A stretch of 62,760 bases of DNA, counting the filler, from Gonapodya sp. JEL0774 (taxonomy: Eukaryota), in the NCBI GenBank assembly GCA_027604505.1. It is 14 parts of 14 records of this genome, joined end to end, with 100 filler letters (N's around TTAATTAATTAA, not from the genome) between each part and the next. Parts side by side here need not be neighbours in the genome. Positions count along the whole stretch, not along the records: positions 13,508 to 17,906 come from JADIIX010000957.1; positions 18,007 to 22,404 come from JADIIX010000958.1; positions 22,505 to 26,897 come from JADIIX010000959.1; 11 more parts are not named here. One strand, written 5' to 3'. Position 1 is the stretch's first letter; every line of letters begins with the position of its first letter. Both the position numbers and the translations under genes were made by a program. The notes beneath the pieces are model-generated. The model worked only from the letters and a program-made list of their open reading frames with translations, made no database searches and was not told the origin of the DNA. Positions 14,822 through 26,997 of the stretch are shown here, piece after piece.

Positions 14822-17091
14822 ATGAGCGACGATGAAAAATCTGACGCTGGAGGAGACACGCACCAAGACGATAATGAAGAGGACTTTGAGCCGATCGTCA
14901 AAACCCGGAGCCGGAGGAATCGTGGTGATGAAGCTGACCTCGAAGAACTTGCGGAACTTCCTGAGGAAGGGGGACCGGACGAAGACGATGCCGAGATGAC
15001 TGATTCAGAGGGTGAGAGTGGTAGTGGATCGGATGAAGAAAGTGGGGGAGAGGAGGCGGAAATTGAGGAGGGTGACACGGGAGAGGAACGAATGGACGTT
15101 GACCCGGAAAAGACAATGAAGGACGAACCTACGACAATCAAAGACAGCAAAGCGGACATTGACAACGACGACGATGATCCTGTGGGCGGGCTTTCGGCAA
15201 GACGGAAGCTGGGACGGGCAAAAGCGGCCAGAATAGAGTCTGACGGGGAAGATGAGGACATCAAACCAGCACCGGAACGTGACACCAACAGTGATGGAGT
15301 GTCTGCTGCTCCATCTCTCAAGATCAAAATTAAAGCTTCTTCCTCTGTTGCACCTTCTCGTGCGGAATCTGATGATGGTGCACAGTCCCCAAGAAGGGAC
15401 ACCAAGCCCAAGAAAGGAGGGGACTTGGAAGAGCTCTTTGGTTCGGATAGCGAGGAGTGAGTTATCGTCAATGTGTATTTTATGTGAGCCCCTTCCCATG
15501 GAACAGATTTCACATCACTTGGGATGTCGCCGATTGCGGCAGGAGAAAGCACCCCGGATTTGAATTGGCACAAACGACTCGGTCTTGTAAGAACATGTAT
15601 TCTCAAATTTCTGCTGCCTCCCACTCCAGAGACGAGGACCTGCACAAACCTCGCGAATCCGACGCTTTCGATGTCGGCGAAAACGGTGACGACCTCGAGC
15701 AGGAAAGAGACGACGAAGACGATAGGGGCTATGCAGACGAACGGAGATCGGAGAGAGTCCCCAGGGAGAATGTGGAGGCAGAGATGGATCTGGTGGAAGT
15801 GGCGGATATAGCTGGAGTGGAAGCGGACGGCAAAAAGGCACCGGTGAGTTTGGATGGTCGAATTGGGGGTCTTGTAAACTCAGGTAGTTGTGCACAAGAC
15901 GCTGAGATTTAGTTTTGGCGAGTCGGACTGCTGCCATACGAGAGTTAGTGGTTGGTGATGAGAGTTGTTCCCTCGTTCAAAGTTACCCAACTTCTAAGTG
16001 CGCTGAGCTGACGAATACCGTATGCCTCATTCTCAATATTGACTCCAGGTATTTGTCATCAACCTCCCTCAGTCTGGCTCCGTGGCGGCTGACCCAGTTC
16101 CCTTCGAACCCGCAACCTTCTTTCTCCCAGACGACGTGGACCAACAGGCCATCAGCCAGCAGGCTGAGAGTACGATAAGATGGAAATATGGAAAGAATAA
16201 TGCTGGAAAGGTTATCTTGATTTTGTATTGAACGGACTTGGTTCCTGATTGGCTAAACGTTTTCGTCTTATCCCTCCCAACCTAGACGACGACCAAAGAC
16301 TCCAACTCCCGCCTAGTCCGCTGGTCTGATGGTTCCTATACTCTCCTCATCGGCACCCTCCAGTTCCCTCTCGCCCCCGTCGCTGCGTCAACGGCAACAT
16401 CGCAAACATCATTCCTCCTGGCTTTACACCAAGGCGCTGGAATGTTTGAGACCGTCCGCTCGCTACCAGTGGCATATCAACTAAGACCCCCTGCGGGCGG
16501 AGCAGGTGCAAAGGGTGGCATGTTTATTCCCAGGAAGAAGCAGACCAAGGGAGCAGTAGGCCCAGTGTCTGCTGCAAGAATAAAGAACATTTCTATCGAC
16601 GTGGACCCTGTGCTCATGCAGGAGAAAGCCATCAAGGCGCAACAGGAGAAGGAAAAGCTGGCACGGCGGCTGGAACGGGGTCGCGAGAGGGCGGCTGGCC
16701 GGTACAGGAGAGGGGCAGCAGCTTTAGATGAACAAATGCTGGAGGATGATGATATGGGATATGGTGGTGGAGGGAGGCGGAAACCGGAGGAGAGATATGA
16801 GGAGGATGGTGAGTTGAAAGTTTGCAACGTTTGAAAAATCCTCCGTTGACCTTGTATGTTTCAGACAATTTCATTGATGATTCGTCCATTATCGATGGAT
16901 CTGACAGAGATGCTGGCTCTGCGGAGGGTGAATCGTCGGACTCTGAAGGACGGGATGCCGAAATCATTGCTGCAAAACGTGGCAAGCGGTCGACTGAAGA
17001 AATTTTGGAGGAATCTGATGAGGAAGATGATGTAGCGAGGAAGAGAAAAGTTCGGAGAGTCGGTCGTGTGGATAGTGACGAAGAAGATTGA
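14822..17091 (+). CDS. LEO1: Paf1 complex subunit Leo1 (multi-exon)
   Basis: Acidic N-terminus with ELFGSDSE. The exon at ~16287-16808 encodes SNSRLVRWSDGSYTLLIG (Leo1 core), preceded by a PVPFEPATF..STIRWKY exon. Confidence 0.9.
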
Positions 17092-17221
17092 GTCATTTTC
17101 AGTTGCGCCGATGTACATAGTGGTTGATTGCTTTTAATGTAGTTCCAGTGGGGGACGTTTGTCAGAGAGTCCGTGGAATAATATGAGTGCGATTGTGTAA
17201 CTAGATGGCATGTATACATAT

Positions 17222-17906
17222 CTAGGTTCCCCTTGCAAACAGAGTTGATAATGGGAATAACCGACTTCCGAATTCACGAACCGCTTGTGCTACGCTACTG
17301 TCCGTTAAGTCCACATCTGTTCGCTTTGCTGATCGCAATGCTTCGTAAGCGGCAGCAACATCCTGCGCACGATAAGGGTGTGTTGGCAGAGCGAATGCAC
17401 ATCTTTCCAAAACTTCAAAAATTACCTCAAACGTTGACAATGCCCCATGACTCTCGATTGACTTGATGATCCGCGATAACGCTTCCGGCTTCTTCGCGGA
17501 GTTAACTGAAACGAGAGCTTGACAACCTGCAAAAAGAAGTTGAGAGTGTGGCGGAACCCTCCGTATCTTGTGCGACCGTCTCACCTGCGAGTACGTGAGA
17601 AACGGAACCGGCATTCTTGTCCAGGAAAGCATCTATTCGGGGTGCCACATCTTTCCAGCTGTCCCCAAACACCTCCGCCGCTTCTGCCACAAGAATGTCC
17701 TTGACCGCAGGATTTAAAGTATTCTGGTCTTCTTGGACTGCATAGATCAAACAGACGAAGATTTGGGAACAAGTGCGTTCCGGAATAACCCAGTGCACTC
17801 ACAGTCTTTCCAGAATCTAACGATTGCTTGGAGTAACAGAGGATCCTGATCGTCAATCTGCAAACCTTTTCTAATGGAACGTAATGCGGGGATGTACTTT
17901 TCTGAG
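17222..17906 (-). CDS. NAA15: C-terminus of NatA auxiliary subunit Naa15/Nat1 (5' truncated, spliced)
   Basis: KYIPALRSIRKGLQIDDQDPLL..IVRF, FLDKNAGSVSHVLAG and terminal LFPLSTLF resemble the Naa15 C-terminus. Confidence 0.65.
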
Positions 17907-18006
17907 NNNNNNNNNNNNNNNNNNNNNNNNNNNNNNNNNNNNNNNNNNNNTTAATTAATTAANNNNNNNNNNNNNNNNNNNNNNNNNNNNNNNNNNNNNN
18001 NNNNNN

Positions 18007-20185
18007 GTAACACTTATCAACGACGATACGGGACCGATCGAAGATGCTCTTGAGCGGAGTTACTTGCCAGATAAGCTTGTTGGGGCTTGTTCACGAATGG
18101 ATGACGATGAGGGAACCAGCCACGTTGAGCGAAGGAGATCCACCACCGAGGTAGTGGAGTCAAGTGTTCTCTTTAGTCAGAGTGGAGACATGAGAGATCC
18201 GCTTTCCCCCAGTCGCATTTCAAGGTGGAGATTTTCCAGAATGTTGTCCATCGGATTTTGGAACGAAGAACTCGAGATCTCGCCAAAATGGCACTACGCT
18301 ATCATCAAACAAGGTCATTTCTAGATGCTGAGTGAGTCCGTTGTGAATTGGGTTGATACATTACATGTATTGCTTTGATCTCTCACATGTGATTCTCTTG
18401 CTGCAGATACCGGTTCGGAATCTGTATCTGGGAGGGAAAAGTCGCAATTTGGCGCCACCACGATCAGTCTGAACAGGAGCTTGGGCTCGTGAGAATATAC
18501 AAACCGTTCTCCGCAGCGGGTGTACACTTGGACTTGTGAGTTCCCCCCCGTCACCTTGCATTTGCATGCAGCTCAGTAAACTTACGGCTCAATTGCTCTT
18601 CTCCGTGATTGTCGAACGTTCCTTCCCATGCCTGTCACTTTATCCAAATCCAGACCGATGTCTGGATATCTGACTTACAATATCACCCAGTCCGTTTCGA
18701 AATTGGGTCACTTCTTCGGTTCTGAACCTCGAGACCCAAACATCACAGTGAACCTCCTCATGGTTCCAGTTGATCTTAAGCCAGGATCTACGTTCGATAT
18801 TGAGCTGCGCAAATTAGAAAATCCAGGTACATCAAAGGTTAGTTTCACAGCGTTGTGTTCTTGTCCAACCAAAGCTGAACTAACGATATCACAGTCCCCA
18901 AAAGCCGCCATCTTTGCTCTTGGGACACAAACACTTTCCCGCGAGGTGGCCAACATGCTGCGTACTCCTCGAAGTCACACTTCTAGACACAGTGCAATCC
19001 TTCACGCTATTCCCACAGCGCTTCTCGAGCTTACGCCGGAATCCGGAAGAATAACAAGTGCTCCAGGAGCTGGACCAGGCGTAGTTGACTGGTTCGCGAT
19101 GGAAGGGGAATGCTTGATCAGAATTCTTTGAAGGCTCATTCTCGGTTTTGTGAACAGGCTCAACAGAATCCGCCCTGCAGAAGATCGCGCACTCTTCCTG
19201 GTTGCGTCCATCGATCCCCATTTAACTGATCCCTACGATATGTCTCAATTTTATGCTCATTCAACGATTGCTGACAGCGAGCGCCAACATCATATCCGTC
19301 TGCGAGGAGTCGCGCCGCTGTCACTGATCACAATGGGTGCTGGGAACCTGAGTACTGATGCAGTCCCGATGTCACAGGGAGCAGGAACAACGATAAGCCA
19401 ATCGAATTTACATGAAGAAGACATGAGATCTATGTCCGGATACCTCCATTCGTCGAGTGCTGTGAGGCTATAGCTATTTTCTGGACAGTACTCTCACAAC
19501 ACGTCCATTTTTACAGAGTATTTTTCAGGTTGCCTCAAGTTCCGCTCTCCCTCGCACCTCCTTTTCTATTCCGCAGAGAGATCCACGCCTCAGAAAGATC
19601 GCAGAAGTGCCCTCAGCAGAGTGCGAGGAGGATCATCCTACAGCTCAGATCAATCGGGTTGGCCACGAGAACAACCTTTCGGTAACAACTATAGTCGGAC
19701 GTCCTATTGGCAAGCTAAAAAGAAAGACACCGTCGCTGGTTCACCAGCATCATGAGATGATCATGAAGTCGGGAAAGGAGGACGTGTCTGCTAAAGTCAA
19801 AAGTCAGCGATCCAGAACAGCATCAATGCACAATCCTTCTCAGCAACTCAGCCACCTGGAGCTTATACCCTTAGGAAGGCAGAAGGTTACCGGCTGGCTC
19901 AATAATTTGACAACAGTGTCTCCTGCTGCTGGAGGAGCACCACCGTTAGCGGAGATCATTTCTGAACGAGCTCGCCCGACAAGAGAAGAAACTCTCACAA
20001 AAATACAAGTGGCTGACCCCACAGTTGGGATGGACGCAACAGTTTCAGGTGGACGGGAGCACCTGCAGGAACACACGAGCGCTATAATGGTCCAGGCTGA
20101 AGTGGCTGGTGTTAAAGTAGCGGGCGATGTTGCAGAGATTCCTCCGTCAAATGAGAACGCGGATGACGAGCATAATCATGAATGA
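18007..20185 (+). CDS. Hypothetical multi-exon, largely disordered protein (5' truncated)
   Basis: Chain of + strand ORFs (18064, 18628 or an overlapping frame, 19150, 19607) separated by GT..AG-like gaps; no recognisable domain. Confidence 0.45.
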
Positions 20186-20457
20186 TCCATACGTCCGCGT
20201 TGTTGATTTCGTATTCCGTAGTCAGTGGATAGGCACCTACATAATGTGCTCAGTCCGGCGATATCATCAAACATCAATATTCCCTGAATGCCATCATTTT
20301 TTTGGAAATGTGTATATCTCTGCAACAGTCAGAGTAGAACAAGGTAAACAACGACGGGAAGGACTGCAGACTGATCCGGGCCGGTTTTGCAACTGGACAC
20401 AGCAAAACCACTGGACACCTTCAAACATTATACAAAACCGCATGACAGGGTTCATAG

Positions 20458-22340
20458 ATGGCACCACCTTCTCGTAAATCGTCAGTTGGGACGCTGAAGC
20501 GACGGAAGCCTCTGACTTCATGGGTCATCACAGATAGTGACTCAAAGGCTTCTAATGGATCACCGGATAACGGACATGATGCGGTCGATCGTAACAATGA
20601 TTCCTTGCCGCATATGAGAAAGAGAAGCAAGAAATCGAATGTCGAGAGTGGTCAAGGAGCGGAGATAACTCATAAAATAGAATCCGAGTCACAGCGACAG
20701 GCTGTTATCGCGGAGGCGGAAGACTGTTACACTGAGGGCTGCAGTCTACTGGACGCTATCGATGATGGACTTGCACCAGAGGTGGAGGATAGAAAGGGCC
20801 CGGCAGTGGTGACGTTGAAGTTTGGAAATCCACGATCTGCCCATGCCGTCTCCACTGTGCTTCAACTTCTTGAGCGGTGTATTTTTAGTCTCGCTCATCT
20901 CTCTCAGCTTAGCAGCGAGAGAGAGCTGAATGGCACTGTTCGAGAAGAGACTTCACGATCTCTTTCCAACCCCCGGTATCTTCAACACCTAGCACTTTGC
21001 GAGCTTGGGGAAATACAAGAGCTTAGAATAGGAGACCGGAAGCGCGCTCAGGAACTCTATCACCAGTCTGTAGAAGTCTTCAGAGAAGGAGCCGAAGGCG
21101 CTTGGAGGCTAGCCAAACTTCTATATACAGATGCTTCTTCTGCACAGTCACTACTCGAAGTGGAACATTTGTTGAAAAATTGCGCAATTGCAAATGCAGA
21201 ACGTTTGCTAGCAGACACCGAGGATGAAGCTTCAGATTTCACTGCCATACCCCTTCACGATCCTGCCCTGGTTCAAAGGGAGCTATCGTTCCTGGCACCC
21301 GCTCGTGATCGGCTCGCCCTTCTGTACTGTCAAACCGGCCGAGATTCGCTCGCAGTGGACTTGCTTCGTGATGCAGACTATGAATGGCGCCTCGGTAGAG
21401 GCATCCTCAACTATCCTTCTGCGCTTGAAGGTGTCAAATCCCCGCACCGAAAGCATGATTTGACTCCAAAACCTACCGCTGTGACAACATCTCTTGTTCA
21501 AGCGGTGGATGACTCCCTTCCTCCTTCCTTGTTTAACCACCTTCGAGAAGTGTTCAAACCTTCAAGCTCTTTCTGGACCGCGCATGGATACAACGAGCAC
21601 CAATCCAACGGCTATTTCTCCTATGTTGTTGATCTACGGGCATTTACTGGCTCCAATGATTCTAAAAAGCCACCGACACTATTTCACTGCACTTTGCAAT
21701 ACCTTCTGCGACTAGCATCTCACCTCTTTCCAGAGAGATCGCAATCGATCACCCACGCTGAGTTTTGGGCGCATTGTAGACCTCACACCTCAGGCCATCA
21801 GTTTCACTTTGATTCGGAGAACGAGGGACACGGGAAAGGTGGACCAAGACACCCTCCTTGCACAGCAATTGTTGTGTTGAGCGATGGAACCGTTGGTGGC
21901 CCAACCATTGTGACGGAGCAGGTTCTGAAGACCAGGAAGGTAGCCAACGGAGCAAAAAGAGGATTGTTAAAGAGCAGATCGAAAGCTGACTCGAACGAAG
22001 TCGAGACGAAGACCGGTTTGGCGGACTCGGCTTATGCGGTGAATGTTGCTCCTGGCCGGGTAACAGTGTTTCGAGCAGATGTCCTTCACGGTAAGTTTCA
22101 TGTGGCCTCTGTATGTTAACTGTGCATTTCGAATTGTCTTTGTCCCATCCATTTCTAGGAGTCGTTCCAGGCAAACCTCCCACACCGCCGTCTCAGGAGA
22201 GATCACCCACTTTTTCGAATCGTCGCATATCTTTCATGGTCGGCTTCTGGGATGGAATGAAGGCTCGAACCCCTCCAAGTTTGCCAGACGGGCGTCCCAA
22301 GGTGGGAAAGAGAATTGGTTCGGTCGCGCTACAACTTTAA
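20458..22340 (+). CDS. TPR-like repeat + 2OG-Fe(II) oxygenase protein (intron ~22091-22158)
   Basis: Helical region AQELYHQSVEVF..AWRLAKL; dioxygenase facial triad H-F-D (HQFHFDS) and H (DVLHG); downstream R (RRISFMVGFW); GGPT strand. Confidence 0.75.
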
Positions 22341-22504
22341 CCACCAAACCTTCAACCCACTTTTACTCACTGCACAGCCCTCCGCCTCCATGCCATTCCC
22401 TCCTNNNNNNNNNNNNNNNNNNNNNNNNNNNNNNNNNNNNNNNNNNNNTTAATTAATTAANNNNNNNNNNNNNNNNNNNNNNNNNNNNNNNNNNNNNNNN
22501 NNNN

Positions 22505-25500
22505 CACAACACAACGCAGTCTCATTCAATCTTGTCCTTTTTTCTCTCTCGGCGTTGGTCACTCATTCCCGTTTCCCACTACACATCACCATCACCGCTG
22601 CTGTGGCCACACTTCACACACCTCGTACCTCACACAGAACGCAACGACACCGCACTCATCACTTCGCTCCTCTTCAGCCCACCTTCAACTGCACCCGCTC
22701 CCGCCTTCTCCCCGAATGACCCCACGTACTATCCAGCACTCGCACTCTGCATGCTCTACGCCGCCCATCTCGACAACCCCGACATTATTCAGCTGTTGGG
22801 CGATTTGGGCGTCGAGGCTGATGCAAGGCCAAAGAGGGAAGGCTGGGTCAAAGGGTATGGGGGCGAGCTCAAGTGGGCCGTCGCAGAAGGTGGGTTGCTG
22901 TGAGAATGTGTGCAGAATAAAGGAAGGTGAACGCCGAAAGGGACAATGTGGTACGAGTTGAGGTCGTTGCGAGTCTCGCGAGTGAGATTGATACATGTTT
23001 GTGCAATGCACGAAGGTGCATGTACGGATCGCGTGTCACACTGACACCATATCCTTTGACCCGCGCGCATATGTACCCGTTGCGACGTCACTGACCACTC
23101 CTACTCACATTGCAACCCCCACCACCACCCCGGCCATCACCCAATTTGCAGCCTGCACACCACTCATGCTCGCAGCACGCCGTGGCAACACCGCCGCAGC
23201 ACGCGCCCTGCTCGCCGTGAGTATCGACTTCAAATCACATTACACAACCCTTCCCTTGCAGTTTGTACTGCCACATTTCCTACCTTCCCATTATGTCGCA
23301 TCCTCCACATCTCACCTCCTTATCCTCTTATTTCTTCACCTTTTCACCACCCTCACTCCCCCCACACCAGTCCACCCCACCCCCCAGCCCCTCCCTCCGC
23401 GATGCTCACTCCTGGACGGCCCTGCACCGGGCCTGCTGGAACGGCCGGGACCTCCTCGTGGTCCTCCTTATCGACCAGGCAGGCGCTAGCGTGGACGAAC
23501 CCGACGCAAGCGGGTGGACAGGGCTCATGAGGGCCAGTTGGAACGGCCACCGCGAGTGTGTGGAAAGGGTGGTGGAGAGGGGAGCCGAGGTGGGTTTGGG
23601 AGAAGTGGAAGAGGGGTTGGTGAGGGTGGCTGTAGGAGTGGGGGTTGGGGAGATGTGATGTGCAGAGGAGTGGGCTTGAGACTTCGCCGACAAAAAGGCA
23701 AAAAACTTCAAATTCTCCATCATCCGATGGTCCGACTACATATGGTGTCACTTCTGTATCTTTTCTGTCTCACACACAACGTTTCGCCTCTCCCCCACCC
23801 CTCTCTCCCACAACCCCCCCACCAGATCAACCTCCCCGACAACCACGGCCAAACCGCCCTTCATCTCGCGTGCGCCAACGGGCAACCGTCAGTCGTCGAG
23901 ACTCTCCTCGAGCTGGGGGCCCGCACAGACTTGAAGGACGTCCGAGGTGAGTCGGGGACCCAATCATGGTGTTCTGAACCTCTGTACTGCGCTCACACCC
24001 CTCCAATCGCATGCTTGTTCCCCCCTTCCCCAAAATGCGCCAAAAACCACCCGTCCAGGCGCCACCCCCCTCGACTTGGCCCGTCTCCGCTCCAACACGT
24101 CGGTCGTGGCCGTGTTGCACGCCCACCACGAGAAGTCGTACCATAGGACGGCCGGTGGTGAGGAGGTGGGGTTGTCCATGAGGGCGGTGCAGAGGGGGAC
24201 GGGGAGGGTCGCTCCGGTTACGACGGTGGTGGAGACGGGGCACGAGACACAGACTGTCGGCCAGGAGGCACGGGTGGATGGCCGAGCGACAACGGCCACG
24301 AACACGGCTGTTGGCGCAACTGCCGCGGCGGCCACCATCGTGACCAGGGTAGACGCACCACCGGCTCCAGCCCCCGTATCTGTTGTCGAACCAGTCCTAC
24401 AGATGGACGAGGTCGTTGTCGGGGATGTTGGAGAGGTGACAGCGGCCGAGGCGAGGGAAGGAGGGCCAAGGAGCTTTTACGACGAGACCTTGGAGGAGAG
24501 TGTGTGGGAGGAAGAGCACGGAACGGCGGTATCGGTGCCCAGTACGTTGGTCAAGACCACCACGACCACGATCGACGTGGCACCCGTAGTTCCCCCCGCG
24601 CCGGCACCGGAACCAGCTCCAGTACCCGCCACCACAGACGCCGACCACGATCACGACCACGACCGTGAACCCCTCCTTCCCGGATCCTTTGTGGACGGTG
24701 CGGCGCCCTTGCCAGTGTCCGCCCCTCCGTCGCCCTCACGTGGGTCCATACCGGTCACGACCGCGGCAGACGAACTTTCGTCGGGGCTCTGGTTGCTCGC
24801 GAGGTCGGTGGCAGAAGAGACGGCTATGCCGTTTTCGATTGTGCACGCTTCGACCACACCCGGGGCTGCCAACCCGCGCAAGAGAAGGGCGTCGGACGTG
24901 CCAGATGGGGCGCCGGTGTACGAGGGTGCGGTTACCGAGGCGGTGGTGGTTGCGGTGGCGGTGGAGGCCGGGGTGGCTGGGAAAGTGGGAGAGGCCGAGA
25001 GAGAGGGAGGGGGAGAGGTGTCGATGGAGGCGTCGACGAGCATGGTCATGCCCGGAGCGTTTGCAGGGAGTAGGGCGGCGAGGGTGGAGGAACCTGCAGC
25101 GGTTTCGATCGCTGTTGGATCTGCGCCAGCGCCGTTGGTGCCCGTGGAAGTGACGGTGGCCACACCATCTGCCGTCGCTAGCGCAGTAGACGACACCACC
25201 ATCGACATAGCGGCCCTCCTGACCAAATTGGGCCCCGTGCCAGCTGATCTCGCGGCCCGCCTGGCACCCCCCACCATGGCCCTCTCCGACCCCATCGTAT
25301 CCGCCAAATTCACATCCCTCCACGACATCCTCCTCGACTACGCGTCCCGTCCCTTCACCGTCCCGGCCAATCCGTCCATCCCCCCCGTCCCCCCACCGAC
25401 GACCACTGCTCCGGACGTATCCATCCCTCGGTACGTGGACTCCCTCTTGGCCACGGCGCTGGCACTCCGGGGTAAGGTGGAGCGTCTTCAGGACGAGAAC

Positions 25501-26652
25501 CATTGGGTGGAGTACGTGCAGGCGTTGATGAACAAGTTGGCATTCGAGGTCCAGGAGGAGAGGAACGAGGCAGAGGGGTGCGTGAAAGAGGGGAAGAGAG
25601 AGGTGGAGGAGGTGGAGGGGGCCTTGGAGGGGGCGGAAAGGTGAGCCGGAAATGGTGGCCTGGTTGCGTTTTCAGTTTTTGTGCGAAGTTCAAGGGTTGA
25701 CCTTGTTTGGTGTGGTGCATCTCATCTCATTTCCCTCAGCGATTTCGATAACCTGGCGGAGTCGCTCGCTGCTCGCATGCCCGCTGCCTTTGAGATCTCG
25801 GTGTTCCACGGGATCGTAGCGACAGCCCGCTCACAGGCGAAAACATCCATCGTTCAGCACAAGGCAAAACTGGAAGAGTCACTCACCAAGCTCGAATCCC
25901 GCGTGTCATCCTTGATCACGCTCGTGGCCGCCGCGGATTTCGCATCGGAACAGCTCACGACCGTCCAGCAAGACCTCCACGAGGCCACGGCGGCTACACT
26001 GTCCAGGCTTCAAGAATTTGGCATGAGAGCGCACGCGTACCTGGCCAACCTGACTGCACTCACCGAGACCGTGCTGACAAAGCTGCGTCGCAAGCGGGCG
26101 CAACTCGAGGCGGACGCATCCGAGGCGGCGGGAATGGGGTTGTCGTCACGGCACAAGAGGCTGGTGGAAGTGGAGGGGAAGGAGCTCGACCAGGATATTG
26201 AAAAGGGGGAGCAGTTGTGGAGGAGGTACACTGAGATCATGAAAGAGTTGGCTAACGTTACCAAGGAACGGAACACGAACGCCGCTACGCCTGACATTGC
26301 GTCGCAAGTCACCACTATACCCGACTCGGAAGACTCTTCCCCTCCCGATTACTTGGATCTAGTGTCGCCGATGCGATCGAGTGGAATAGGCTCAGAGCCT
26401 AAACTCCTCCCCTTGCACGTCGCCGATTCGGACGACGCTGGATCCGCCATGTCGGAAGATCACACACACGCCGAAGCAGTCACGCGTTTGGTTGACTTGC
26501 ACATGCACGAGGTCGCGCTGACCGACGAAGGGAGCGAGATTCACCAGGAAGGCGCGGCCACCGAGGAAGAAGGGTCCGAGGCGGGGATCGGGAGTTTGAG
26601 CGACGAGAGTTTCGAGCGGGTGGAAAGGGAAGAGATGGAAATCATGCTTTGA
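22505..26652 (+). CDS. Ankyrin-repeat protein with low-complexity middle and coiled-coil C-terminus (multi-exon)
   Basis: TPLMLAARRG, WTALHRACWNG, GWTGLMRASWNGH, GQTALHLACANG and GATPLDLA ankyrin repeats in successive exons. Confidence 0.85.
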
Positions 26653-26997
26653 GTTGGATCAAATAATTCTATACGTGTGCAATTTGTCAATTGTTAGAGA
26701 GGTTTTCGGGAACTCAAACATCACGAAATGATATCAGTGTATTGCTCGACGCTTGCATAATAAAGATATTTTCGGTACAGCCAAGTAGTAACCCCGTGCA
26801 CACAGAACATGCCATAACCTATGAACATAGGATATCATTCCGACCAAACACATCAGCAAAAGAGTCCCTATCCGTACCACAACGAGTTCACGGTTTANNN
26901 NNNNNNNNNNNNNNNNNNNNNNNNNNNNNNNNNNNNNNNNNTTAATTAATTAANNNNNNNNNNNNNNNNNNNNNNNNNNNNNNNNNNNNNNNNNNNN

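Noticed and set aside
14569..15645. 358-aa - strand ORF and other long antisense ORFs (e.g. 24736-25503, 49898-50731)
   Set aside because: Shadows of GC-rich or acidic sense genes (LEO1, ankyrin protein, ABCB).
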